Part shown: piece after piece, positions 42,224-50,903 of the stretch | How the letters are laid out: every line of letters starts with the position of its first letter | How positions within the stretch are numbered: the stretch's first letter is position 1 | NCBI GenBank assembly: GCA_050249615.1 | Contig: JBFWQE010000009.1 | Coordinates: forward strand, 107-64,106 | From: Vicinamibacterales bacterium | GTDB lineage: Bacteria; Acidobacteriota; Vicinamibacteria; Vicinamibacterales; UBA2999 | DNA length: 64,000 bases | Reading direction: 5' to 3' | The notes under the pieces: generated by a model | Seen by the model: the letters and a program-made list of their open reading frames with translations, nothing else | Told to the model about the DNA's origin: nothing | Database searches by the model: none | Program-made: the position numbers and the translations under genes

Positions 42224-42676
42224 ATGTCGTACATCGCGTCCCCGCACGATCCGCCCGATCTCGCGCACGAGGTCCGCCGCCTGTTCGAGGATCTGGCCCG
42301 CCGCCGCCCCGACCGTCGGGCGTTCGTGTCGGGCGAGTGCTCGCCGACGCTGGACGTCCTCGAGACCGATGCCACCGTCGAGGTGCTGGTGGACGTCCCT
42401 GGCCTCTCCGCCGACGCCCTGCGCATCCTGATCAAGGGCGGCATCGTGCTCGTCGTCGGCGAAAAGGAGCGGAGCGAGCCGTCGCGCACGCCGACGAGCT
42501 ATCACCTGGTGGAGCGGGACTTCGGCCGTTTCGCCCGCGCCGTCCGCATCCATGCGGCGGTCGACGCGGCACGGGCTCGCGCGACGTTGGCCCACGGCGA
42601 GTTGCGCATCGTGCTCCCCCGCCTCGACGAGCGGCGCGGCCAGGAGTTCCTCGTGCCCGTGGAATCCGGGGCCTAG
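42224..42676 (+). CDS. Hsp20/alpha-crystallin family protein
   Basis: 150 aa (PTLDVLETDATVEVLVDVPG, ERDFGRFARAV, HGELRIVLPR). Confidence 0.85.
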   Translation: MSYIASPHDPPDLAHEVRRLFEDLARRRPDRRAFVSGECSPTLDVLETDATVEVLVDVPGLSADALRILIKGGIVLVVGEKERSEPSRTPTSYHLVERDFGRFARAVRIHAAVDAARARATLAHGELRIVLPRLDERRGQEFLVPVESGA

Positions 42677-43504
42677 GTGAAGCTCCTCTTCCTCGGCGAC
42701 ATCGTCGGCCGGCCTGGCCGTGAGCTGGTGAAGCGAGCCGTCAAGCCGCTCGTCCGCGCGTACGGGCTCGATCTGGTCGTGGCCAACGGCGAGAATGCCG
42801 CGGCGGGTGCGGGCATCACGCGCGAGAACGCCGAGGACATCTTCAAGGCCGGCGTCCACGTCATCACCGGCGGCAACCACATCTGGGACAAGAAGGAGAT
42901 CATCGAGTTCATCGATCGCGAACCGCGCCTGCTCCGCCCCGCGAACTACCCGCCCGGTACGCCCGGCCGGGGCTCCACGGTCGTTCGCGCGGCCGATGGG
43001 ACGGCGGTCGGCGTCCTGAGCGTGATGGGCCGCGTGTTCCTCTCGACCATCGACGATCCGTTCGCCGTCGCGGAACGCGAGGTGGCGGCCCTTCGAGAGC
43101 AGGGCGCGTCGGTCATCCTCGTGGACATGCATGCGGAGACAACCTCGGAGAAGATTGCGCTCTGCTGGTTGCTCGACGGCCGCGTCAGCGCGGTCATCGG
43201 CACCCACACGCACGTGCAGACCGCCGACGAGCGCATCCTGCCAGGGGGCACGGCCTGCCTGACCGACGCGGGCATGACGGGACCGCACGATGGCGTGATC
43301 GGCATGGACCGCGCCGGGGTGCTCGCACGCTTCCGCACCGGCATGCCCGCCAGATTCGAACCCGCCACGGGCGATCCGCGCCTGAACGGCGTCCTGATCA
43401 CGGCAGACCCGCTGACCGGTCGGGCCACGGCCATCGAGCGCTTGAGCCTGGGCGCGGCCGACATCGACGCCCTCGCCGCCGCCGAGGAGACGGCCGCGCG
43501 ATGA
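42677..43504 (+). CDS. YmdB-like metallophosphoesterase (2',3'-cyclic-nucleotide 2'-phosphodiesterase family)
   Basis: (GTG)KLLFLGDIVGRPGR, VVANGENAAAGAGIT, ITGGNHIWDKKE. Confidence 0.85.
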   Translation: MKLLFLGDIVGRPGRELVKRAVKPLVRAYGLDLVVANGENAAAGAGITRENAEDIFKAGVHVITGGNHIWDKKEIIEFIDREPRLLRPANYPPGTPGRGSTVVRAADGTAVGVLSVMGRVFLSTIDDPFAVAEREVAALREQGASVILVDMHAETTSEKIALCWLLDGRVSAVIGTHTHVQTADERILPGGTACLTDAGMTGPHDGVIGMDRAGVLARFRTGMPARFEPATGDPRLNGVLITADPLTGRATAIERLSLGAADIDALAAAEETAAR

Positions 43505-45039
43505 GCCAGCTCCCGTTCGACGATCCCCCGGGCCGCGCGGCGCCTCGGCCGCCCCACCCCAGGCAGACGACTCAACCCGGGGCTCCAACCCCGGCGCCCC
43601 GGGCAGTTCCCTCCGCGCCAACTGTTCCATCTGCGCCATCTGCGTCATCTGCGCCATCTGCGCCATCTGCGTCATCTGCGTCATCTGCGTCATCTGCGGC
43701 CCCATCCGCGTCCCGGCGTCGCATCCTCTCGGTGTCCGAGTTGTCGGCCCGCCTGCGCGGCGTGCTCGAATCGGAGTTCGCCGACGTGTGGGTGGAGGGC
43801 GAGATCTCGAACGGCCGCGCCTGGAACTCCGGGCACTTCTACTTCACGCTGAAGGACGCGGGTGCCCAGGTGAAGGGCGTCGTCTTCCGCTCGGCGCTCC
43901 GGCTGCTCAAGTTCCGCCCCGAGGACGGCCTGCACGTGGTGGCCCGCGGGCGGATCAGCGTCTACGAGCCGAAGGGCGAGTACCAGCTGGTGTGCGAGCA
44001 CATGGAGCCGCAGGGGTACGGCCCGTTGCAGCTGGCCTTCGAGCAGCTGAAGAAGAAGTTGTCCGCCGAGGGATTGTTCGACGAGGCGCGCAAGCGTCCG
44101 CTTCCCGCGCTGCCCCGCCGCATCGGCATCGTCACCTCCATCGATGGCGCGGCGCTTCGGGACATCGTGCGCGTGCTGCGCCGTCGCTACCCGAACGCGC
44201 ACCTCGTCATCTCGCCCACCCGCGTGCAGGGCGAGGGCGCGGCGGGCGACATCGCCCGCGCCCTGCGACTGGCTCACCGCATCGAGGGCGTGGACGTGAT
44301 CATCGTCGGCCGCGGGGGCGGATCACTCGAGGACCTCTGGGCCTTCAACGAGGAGGCCGTGGCGCGGGCCATCGCCGCCTCCCCGGTCCCCGTGATCTCC
44401 GCCGTCGGCCATGAGACCGACTTCACGATTGCCGACTTCGCCGCGGACCTGCGCGCGCCCACGCCGTCGGCGGCGGCCGAACTGGTGGTGCGGAAGAAGG
44501 ACGAGTTCCAGGCGCACATCGATCGGCTCGCGCACCGGCTGGACGGTGCGGTGCATGGGCGCCTGCGCCGGCTCGAGTCGCGGCTGAACGGCCTGCTGGC
44601 GCGCCCGGGGTACGCGGGCCTGCCGGGGCGGCTCGCGTGGCGGGCGCGCCACCTCTCGGATCTCTCCGCCAGTCTCTCGGCGGAGGCGCGCGACGGCCTC
44701 GAACGCCGCCGGCGGCGGGTGGAAACGCTGCGCCGCGGCCTCTCGCAGTTCGATCCGCGCCATCGCCTCGGCAAGGTTCGCGCGACCCTGATTGCCGAGC
44801 GGGGACGGCTGGACGCCGCGATGGCCCTCCGGCTGCACCGGATGCAGTCGCGCTTCAAGGCCACGGCCGCCGGGCTGAGCGGGCTCAGCCCGCTGGCGGT
44901 CCTCGGGCGCGGCTACGCCGTCTGCTGGGACGCCGACCGGAAGAGGGTCCTGCGCGATGCCGCCACGGTGCGGGCCGGCGAGGCCATCCGCGTGACGCTG
45001 GAACGCGGCGAGATCAGCGCGCGCGTCACGGAACCGTAG
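43501..45039 (+). CDS. xseA: Exodeoxyribonuclease VII large subunit with low-complexity N-terminal extension
   Basis: The conserved core starts at ILSVSELSARLRGVLE and is preceded by about 75 aa rich in P/S/A. The ATG overlaps the ymdB-like TGA (ATGA). Confidence 0.9.
   Translation: MSQLPFDDPPGRAAPRPPHPRQTTQPGAPTPAPRAVPSAPTVPSAPSASSAPSAPSASSASSASSAAPSASRRRILSVSELSARLRGVLESEFADVWVEGEISNGRAWNSGHFYFTLKDAGAQVKGVVFRSALRLLKFRPEDGLHVVARGRISVYEPKGEYQLVCEHMEPQGYGPLQLAFEQLKKKLSAEGLFDEARKRPLPALPRRIGIVTSIDGAALRDIVRVLRRRYPNAHLVISPTRVQGEGAAGDIARALRLAHRIEGVDVIIVGRGGGSLEDLWAFNEEAVARAIAASPVPVISAVGHETDFTIADFAADLRAPTPSAAAELVVRKKDEFQAHIDRLAHRLDGAVHGRLRRLESRLNGLLARPGYAGLPGRLAWRARHLSDLSASLSAEARDGLERRRRRVETLRRGLSQFDPRHRLGKVRATLIAERGRLDAAMALRLHRMQSRFKATAAGLSGLSPLAVLGRGYAVCWDADRKRVLRDAATVRAGEAIRVTLERGEISARVTEP
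43627..43698 (+). repeat. 8 tandem 9-mers (YCATCTGCG) inside the xseA 5' region
   Basis: ccatctgcg x2, tcatctgcg, ccatctgcg x2, tcatctgcg x3. They encode PSA/SSA repeats on the plus strand. Confidence 0.95.
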
Positions 45040-45078
45040 CGCCGCGGCACACGCGCTACAATCGATCGCGCGTCCGCT

Positions 45079-45324
45079 ATGGATCCCACCATCAAGGATT
45101 TCGAAGCCGCCATCGCCGAGCTCGAGGGCATCGTCAAGAAGCTCGAGGAGGGCGACCTGCCGCTCGAGACCTCGCTGGCGCTCTACGAGCGAGGCGTGAC
45201 GCTCTCGCGCTACTGCCACGAGCGGCTCGAGGCCGCGGAGCGTCGGATCGACGTGCTCAACGAGCGGGGCGAGGCGCGCCAGGCGTCTCCGGCCCTCGGC
45301 CTGGACCGCGACGACGAGGCCTGA
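45079..45324 (+). CDS. xseB: Exodeoxyribonuclease VII small subunit
   Basis: 81 aa (FEAAIAELEGIVKKLEEGDLPLETSLALYERG). Confidence 0.9.
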   Translation: MDPTIKDFEAAIAELEGIVKKLEEGDLPLETSLALYERGVTLSRYCHERLEAAERRIDVLNERGEARQASPALGLDRDDEA

Positions 45325-45331
45325 CCCCGCG

Positions 45332-46282
45332 GTGAACCTGGGCGAATATCTCGAGGCGCGCCGCGCCGACGTCGAGGCGGCGCTGGCCGAGGCGCTGCCC
45401 GCGCCTCCGCGGTGCCCGCCGGTCATCTTCGACGCCATGCGCTACTCGCTGCTCGGCGGCGGCAAGCGCCTCCGGCCCATCCTCGTGCTGGCCGCGTGCG
45501 AGGCCGTGTATCGCGGGCCGCTGCACGATGCCCTGGCGCTCGCCCTGCCGGCTGCGTGCGCGGTGGAGCTGATTCACACCTACTCGCTCATCCACGACGA
45601 CCTGCCGGCCATGGATGACGACTCCCTGCGCCGGGGGCGTCCCACCTCGCACGTCGTGCACGGCGAAGGCATGGCCATCCTCGCCGGAGACGGGCTGCAG
45701 GCGGAGGCCTTCGCCCTCCTCGCCCGACGGCCGGACACTCGCGAGCCGGACCTCGCATCGCGCCAGCTGCGGGCCATCCAGGTGATCGCCGAGGCCGCCG
45801 GGGCCATCGGCATGGTGGGCGGCCAGGCGATCGACCTCGATGCCGATCCCTCGCGCCATCACCCGCGCGACGGCCGCGCCGGGCAGGGCCCGCCATCGAT
45901 GGACGCGGCGGCGCTCGCCGACATGCACGCGCGCAAGACGGGCGCCCTCATCCGGGCCTCGGTCCTGGCCGGCGCGATCATGGGCGGCGCGGGCTCGCGC
46001 GTGCTCGACGCGCTCGACCGCTACGCGCGCGAGATCGGCCTTGCGTTCCAGATCGTGGACGACATCCTCGACGTCGAGGGCGCATCGGCCGACCTGGGCA
46101 AGACGGCCGGCAAGGACGCCGCATCCGGCAAGCCGACCTACGTCTCTCTGTACGGCCTCGAGGCGTCGAAGGCGCTCGCGGCCCGGTGCCTGTCCCGTGC
46201 CGAAGCCGCCCTGGCGGAGGCGGGCCTGGCCGACACGCCGCTTGCGGGCATCGCGCGCTGGATCGTCGAGCGGCGCACATGA
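45332..46282 (+). CDS. ispA: Polyprenyl (farnesyl/geranylgeranyl) diphosphate synthase
   Basis: First DDxxD-type motif LIHDDLPAMDDD and second motif FQIVDDILD. GTG start. Confidence 0.9.
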   Translation: MNLGEYLEARRADVEAALAEALPAPPRCPPVIFDAMRYSLLGGGKRLRPILVLAACEAVYRGPLHDALALALPAACAVELIHTYSLIHDDLPAMDDDSLRRGRPTSHVVHGEGMAILAGDGLQAEAFALLARRPDTREPDLASRQLRAIQVIAEAAGAIGMVGGQAIDLDADPSRHHPRDGRAGQGPPSMDAAALADMHARKTGALIRASVLAGAIMGGAGSRVLDALDRYAREIGLAFQIVDDILDVEGASADLGKTAGKDAASGKPTYVSLYGLEASKALAARCLSRAEAALAEAGLADTPLAGIARWIVERRT

Positions 46283-47028
46283 CCACGCGCATGCGGCTCG
46301 ATGCCCTGCTCGTGCACAAGGGGCTGGTCGAGTCCCGGGAGAAGGCGCGCGCCCTGATCCTCGCCGGCCAGGTGGACGTCAACGGCCACGGCGCGCAGAA
46401 GGCCGGCACGATGGTGGACGTCGAAGCCGACGTGCGGGTCATCGGCCCTGCGCATCCCTGGGCGAGCCGCGGCGGCCTCAAGCTCGCCCACGCGCTCGAC
46501 GCATTCGGCCTCGACGTCACGGGAGCGCTGGCCCTCGACCTCGGCGCGTCCACGGGCGGCTTCACCGACGTGCTGCTGCAACGGGGCGCGCGCCATGTCA
46601 TCGCCCTCGACGTCGGGCACGGGCAGCTGCACTGGAAGCTCCGCACCGATCCCCGCGTCACGGTCATCGAGGGCGTCAACGCCCGGCACCTCACGCGGGC
46701 GGATCTTCCGGACATCGGCCGCGGCGTCGACTTCGTGTCCATCGACGTGTCGTTCATCTCCCTCGCGCTCATCTTCCCCGTCCTGCCGCCACTCCTGGCG
46801 CCGGGTGCCCGGATCGTGGCCCTGGTCAAGCCCCAGTTCGAGGCCGGGCGCCGTGACGTGGGCAAGAGGGGCGTGGTCTCCGACCCCGCGGTGCACGAGC
46901 GCGTCGTCGCGGAGGTGACCACGGCGGCGGCTGGGGTAGGATTGGGCCGCCTGGCCCTGGTGGACTCGCCCATCACCGGCGCGCAGGGCAACAAGGAGTT
47001 CCTGATGCTCCTCGAGGCACGCCGGTGA
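46279..47028 (+). CDS. tlyA: TlyA-family rRNA 2'-O-methyltransferase
   Basis: S4 domain RLDALLVHKGLVESREKA and FtsJ-like DLGASTGGFTDVLL. ATGA overlap with ispA. Confidence 0.9.
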   Translation: MTTRMRLDALLVHKGLVESREKARALILAGQVDVNGHGAQKAGTMVDVEADVRVIGPAHPWASRGGLKLAHALDAFGLDVTGALALDLGASTGGFTDVLLQRGARHVIALDVGHGQLHWKLRTDPRVTVIEGVNARHLTRADLPDIGRGVDFVSIDVSFISLALIFPVLPPLLAPGARIVALVKPQFEAGRRDVGKRGVVSDPAVHERVVAEVTTAAAGVGLGRLALVDSPITGAQGNKEFLMLLEARR

Positions 47029-47918
47029 AAGTCGGCATCGTCACCAAGCCGCAGCTGCCCGACGCCGACGAGACCCTCGCCGCGCTCGAAGCGTGGCTGG
47101 CCGCGCGCGGGGTGGAGGCGTGGTGGTCACCCGATGCCGCCGCCGCACTGGCGCGGGGGGTCCGCCGGGTGGTCGAACGCGAGCACATGCCCGACGAGGT
47201 GGACCTGGTGCTCGTGCTGGGCGGAGATGGCACGCTGCTCGCCATGGCCGACCGCATCGCCGCCACCGGGCGCGACATCCCCATCCTCGGCGTGAACTTC
47301 GGCTCGCTGGGCTTCCTCACCGAAATCACGAGGCCCGAGCTCTTCGCATCGCTCGAGGCCGTCGTCAGCGGACAGGCCGCGCACGACGAGCGGATGATGC
47401 TGCGCGCCGTCGTGGCCGGCGATGAGCCGTCCGACTCGGCCGGCCCCCGCACTCACGCGGGCGGGTTCGTCGCGCTCAACGATGTCGTGTTCACGCGCAC
47501 CGCGCTGTCGCGCATGGTGGAGGTTTCGGTGTGGGTCGGCGACCAGTTCCTGACGACGGTGAAGGCGGACGGCCTGATCGTCGCCAGCCCCACAGGATCC
47601 ACGGCCTACAACCTCTCCGCCGGCGGGCCCATCGTCCACCCGGCGATGGACGCGCTGGTCATCACGCCTATCGCGCCCCACGCGCTGACCAACCGTCCCA
47701 TTGTCATCCCCGCCGAGCGCGACGTGCGCGTCGTGGCCACGAGCACCAACGCGGGAGACGAGATCTACGTCACCTTCGACGGGCAGTCCGGCTTCCCCCT
47801 CCCTCCGGGCCGCGCGGTGACCATCTCGCGCGCCCCCCGGCCACTGCGGCTCGTGCGCGCGTCGAATCGGAGCTACTTCGAGGTGCTCCGGCAGAAGCTG
47901 CGCTGGAACGAGCGGTAG
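47025..47918 (+). CDS. nadK: NAD kinase
   Basis: VLGGDGTLL, NFGSLGFLT, ASPTGSTAYNLSAGGPI. GTGA overlap with tlyA. Confidence 0.9.
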   Translation: MKVGIVTKPQLPDADETLAALEAWLAARGVEAWWSPDAAAALARGVRRVVEREHMPDEVDLVLVLGGDGTLLAMADRIAATGRDIPILGVNFGSLGFLTEITRPELFASLEAVVSGQAAHDERMMLRAVVAGDEPSDSAGPRTHAGGFVALNDVVFTRTALSRMVEVSVWVGDQFLTTVKADGLIVASPTGSTAYNLSAGGPIVHPAMDALVITPIAPHALTNRPIVIPAERDVRVVATSTNAGDEIYVTFDGQSGFPLPPGRAVTISRAPRPLRLVRASNRSYFEVLRQKLRWNER

Positions 47919-47923
47919 ATCGC

Positions 47924-47965
47924 GTCGGGAGTCGGGAACCGGGAGTCGGGAGCCTGGAGTCGGGT
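47924..47965 (+). repeat. Heptamer tandem array (GTCGGGA-like x6)
   Basis: gtcggga gtcggga accggga gtcggga gcctgga gtcgggt, between the nadK stop (47916-47918) and the convergent gene stop (47965-47967). Confidence 0.9.
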
Positions 47966-49728
47966 CACGCGGTGGAGGGCTGGCGCGTGAAGGGCTCGAC
48001 CGGCGGCTCGTACCGCGCGCGGATGGCCTGGCTGATGGCCTCGGCCGCGTCCCTGGCCATGTCGTCCCTCTCGCTCCAGTCCTCGATGGCGCGCACTCGG
48101 GCGGCCAGCGGCCCGTCACGGAAGACGTGCTCGATCCAACGGGAGAAGTCGTGGCGCCACAGATGCCCCTGCAGGACGGCGGGCGGCTGGCTGCCCAGCA
48201 GCGACATGAACTCCTTCATCGTCCGCGCGTGCGGCCGCGCGCGGGCCCCTTCGCCGAAGACGAAGGCCTGGGCGTCGGCAATGGGCATGTCGAGGTACTT
48301 GGAGCGGTGCCGCACGTGCTCGGTCAGCCGCGGGGCCACCGTGAATCGCACGACCTCGCCGTGCGCCTCGTCGGCGCCGGGCAGCAACGCCGCCTCCTCG
48401 GGCCCGAGACGCGCCACCATGGACTTCGGGAGGGGTCGGTCCGAGCCCGGACAGCACATCGCCGCCAGGGTCTCCGCCTCGTGGGCGTCCGTTTCACGGC
48501 GCAGGATGGCCACCGTGTCCTGGGGCAGGCGCGCATCCGGCGAGATGGTCGAGAGCCGGTAGGTCACGAGGATGTAGCCGGCCAGCTCCGGATCGATCAG
48601 GTGGTTCACGCTCCCGGGCCACAGGAAGTAGTGCGCCTCGTCCAGCAGTATCTTGTGCGGCAGGCCGGTGCGCCGGCGCAGGGTGTTCAGCAGTGGCAGG
48701 ACCCCGCGCACGTAGGTCACCTTGTCGCGATGCGGCGCCTTGCTCAGGTCGATCACGACGCTGACGTCCGGGTACTCGAGCGTGCGCATCAGCTCGCGCG
48801 CGGTGGGCAGGGCATCTTCCCCACCGAGGACCACCACGCCGGGCAGGGTCCGAAGGGAGACGAAGTCGCCTTCGGGGTCCAGCACGCAGACGCAGTAGCC
48901 CTGCAGGATGAGCTGCTCGCACAGCAGCCCCGCGAGCGCCGACTTGCCGGAGCCGGGCTCGCCGCCAATCAGGATGGTCCGCCCGCGCAGCGCCAGCCGC
49001 AATTCCGCCCCGCCCTTCCGGTGTCCGAGCAGCATCGAACGCCGCCCCATCTGGGCGGCCGACAGCCGCGTCTGGCGCGAGGCCCGCTGGATGTACTGGG
49101 CCACCGCGTCGGGCCCGCGGCCCTCGATCACCTCGTCGGCCACGGCCTTGAGGGCCGGGCTGCCCCAGCCCACCGCGACGCCGACCTCGCACGCGTCCAG
49201 CATGTCGTGATCGTTCTCGGCGTCGCCGATGGCGATGGTGTTGTGCAGCGAGACGCGGATGGACCTCAGCGCCTCGCGCAGGCCGGTGGACTTGGCGACC
49301 GCGGGTGGCAGGATCATCAGGCGCCCGCGGTTGAAGGCCAGGACGAGCGGGAGCTGCAGCCGGTGGAGGATCTCCAGCACGGCCGCCGCGGCGCCGCCGT
49401 CGGTCTCCACGATCGACGACCCCACGACGAACGGCACGCCGCGCCGCGTCAGCTCCTCGAGGAACACCGGCGCCGGCGGATGCGACAGCACGGCACGCCG
49501 CGCGCGCGCCGGAAACTCCAGCACCGCGCCGTTCTCCCCGACGATGGCGTCGAAGACGGCGAGGTCCCCGGCGCAGGCGTGCAAGTCGTCCAGCCGGCGG
49601 CCGGTGGCGAGCACCGTCACGATGCCGCGACGCCGCGCGTCCCCAATGGCATCCGCCACGCTCGCCGGCAGCCGGCCGTCGAACGTCAGCGTGCCGTCGA
49701 AATCCAGGGCAAAGGCCGATAGCTTCAT
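47965..49728 (-). CDS. HAD-IIB (Cof-like) phosphatase domain fused to a HerA/FtsK-like P-loop ATPase domain
   Basis: N-terminal LDFDGTLT and GDAENDHDML. Mid-protein Walker A GGEPGSGKS and Walker B KILLDEAHYF. The C-terminal ~150 aa are unassigned. Confidence 0.75.
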   Translation of the reverse strand: MKLSAFALDFDGTLTFDGRLPASVADAIGDARRRGIVTVLATGRRLDDLHACAGDLAVFDAIVGENGAVLEFPARARRAVLSHPPAPVFLEELTRRGVPFVVGSSIVETDGGAAAAVLEILHRLQLPLVLAFNRGRLMILPPAVAKSTGLREALRSIRVSLHNTIAIGDAENDHDMLDACEVGVAVGWGSPALKAVADEVIEGRGPDAVAQYIQRASRQTRLSAAQMGRRSMLLGHRKGGAELRLALRGRTILIGGEPGSGKSALAGLLCEQLILQGYCVCVLDPEGDFVSLRTLPGVVVLGGEDALPTARELMRTLEYPDVSVVIDLSKAPHRDKVTYVRGVLPLLNTLRRRTGLPHKILLDEAHYFLWPGSVNHLIDPELAGYILVTYRLSTISPDARLPQDTVAILRRETDAHEAETLAAMCCPGSDRPLPKSMVARLGPEEAALLPGADEAHGEVVRFTVAPRLTEHVRHRSKYLDMPIADAQAFVFGEGARARPHARTMKEFMSLLGSQPPAVLQGHLWRHDFSRWIEHVFRDGPLAARVRAIEDWSERDDMARDAAEAISQAIRARYEPPVEPFTRQPSTA

Positions 49729-49748
49729 CGGACCGCCTCTGCGGCGCC

Positions 49749-50243
49749 TCAGACCGGCCTGACCGGCGCGAGCGTGTCGGGCTGGACGAAGTCGCGCTCG
49801 GTGGCGCGAACGGTCAGCACCGGGCAGGGCGCCCGCCGCACGACGCGTTCGGCGACGCTGCCCATCAGCAGGTGCTCGAGCGCGCCGCGTCCGTGCGTGC
49901 CCATGACGATCAGATCGATGTGGTTGGCACGCGCGTACTCGAGAATGTCGGCAGCGGCGGATGGCGCCTGCCTCACCACGTCGACCACCTTCAGCGAGGT
50001 GCGGTCGTCGTCGGTCAAGGCCTCTGCCATCTGGCGCCGCCCGACCTCCAGCAGTCCCGCTTCCACCTGCTGCACCGCGGGCATTGGCACTTCGGCACCA
50101 CCGGGAAGCATCACGCTCTCCACCGAGTGGAGCACGTGCAGCACGGCGCCGAACTGGCGGGCGAGATGCCGCCCGTACACCAGGGCCAGCTCCGAAGGTG
50201 GGCCGAAATCCGTCGGGACCAGAATGCTGTTGAGCGCGATCAT
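49749..50243 (-). CDS. Universal stress protein
   Basis: 164 aa from ATG 50243, with SD AGGAGG 6 nt upstream. Usp motifs ILVPTDFG and DLIVMGTHGRGALEHLLMGSVAERV. Confidence 0.85.
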   Translation of the reverse strand: MIALNSILVPTDFGPPSELALVYGRHLARQFGAVLHVLHSVESVMLPGGAEVPMPAVQQVEAGLLEVGRRQMAEALTDDDRTSLKVVDVVRQAPSAAADILEYARANHIDLIVMGTHGRGALEHLLMGSVAERVVRRAPCPVLTVRATERDFVQPDTLAPVRPV

Positions 50244-50366
50244 GGTTTGTCCTCCTGCACGCCGGCCCTGCGGTGGGCCGGCGACTGACGGCAAACCGGC
50301 GCGCCGGATTCCGCGGCTGCCGGATTCCCGTCCGAGTGTGCCGGACCGGTGCCGAGGCCGATCCGG

Positions 50367-50822
50367 CTACCAGCCTCCGCCCGAGCCGTGCTGCTTGCGG
50401 TGCGGAACCCGCTTCTTCAGGATCGGCCGGGCCGCCCGCTTGGGCTGCCGGCCCGCGCCCTGGCCCACCAGATCGAGCAGGTCACTGACGGTCACGATGC
50501 CCATGACCTTGCCGCGCTGCACCACGACGAGCGACCCGATCGCCCGTCCCCGCATGACGTTCGCGGCCCGGCTCGTGAGCGCATTGGGGCCGACGGTCAC
50601 CACGTGCGTCTGCATCACGTCTTCGACGTTCTTCCCCCCACGGCGCCCCGTCGTGACCGATTCGGGCAGGTCGCGCGCCGACACCACGCCCTGGAGCACA
50701 CCGTTGTCCATCACCACCAGGTGATGAATGCCTTTCGAGCGCATGAGCTGCGCGGCCATCGCCGCAGGGGTCTGCGGCTCCACGGTCGCAACATTCTCGC
50801 TCATTACCTCAAATACCCTCAT
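50367..50822 (-). CDS. CBS-pair domain protein with basic C-terminal tail
   Basis: Two CBS motifs (VMSENVATVEP...HHLVVMD; VMQTHVVTVGP...GSLVVVQ) from ATG 50822, with SD GGGAGG upstream. Confidence 0.85.
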   Translation of the reverse strand: MRVFEVMSENVATVEPQTPAAMAAQLMRSKGIHHLVVMDNGVLQGVVSARDLPESVTTGRRGGKNVEDVMQTHVVTVGPNALTSRAANVMRGRAIGSLVVVQRGKVMGIVTVSDLLDLVGQGAGRQPKRAARPILKKRVPHRKQHGSGGGW

Positions 50823-50862
50823 ATCTGCCTCCCTGGCGTGCCGCGCCATCCACGATCGAAAG

Positions 50863-50878
50863 TGCAAACCGGTTGCCA
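50863..50878 (-). promoter_or_regulatory. Sigma54 (-24/-12) promoter candidate for the CBS-USP-HAD/ATPase operon
   Basis: The minus strand reads TGGCAA-ccggt-TTGCA with the correct GG/GC register. Lies about 40 nt upstream of ATG 50822, with SD GGGAGG in between. Confidence 0.65.
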
Positions 50879-50903
50879 GTCCGGACCAGGTTGATCCATT
50901 CGC

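Noticed and set aside
41636-43705. ORF beginning MGPQMTQMTQMTQMAQMAQ... (repeat peptide) on the minus strand
   Set aside because: It is the antisense reading of the 9-mer array inside xseA and of the ymdB-like and hsp20 genes. Only its last ~65 codons (the cytochrome c C-terminal part) are real coding sequence.
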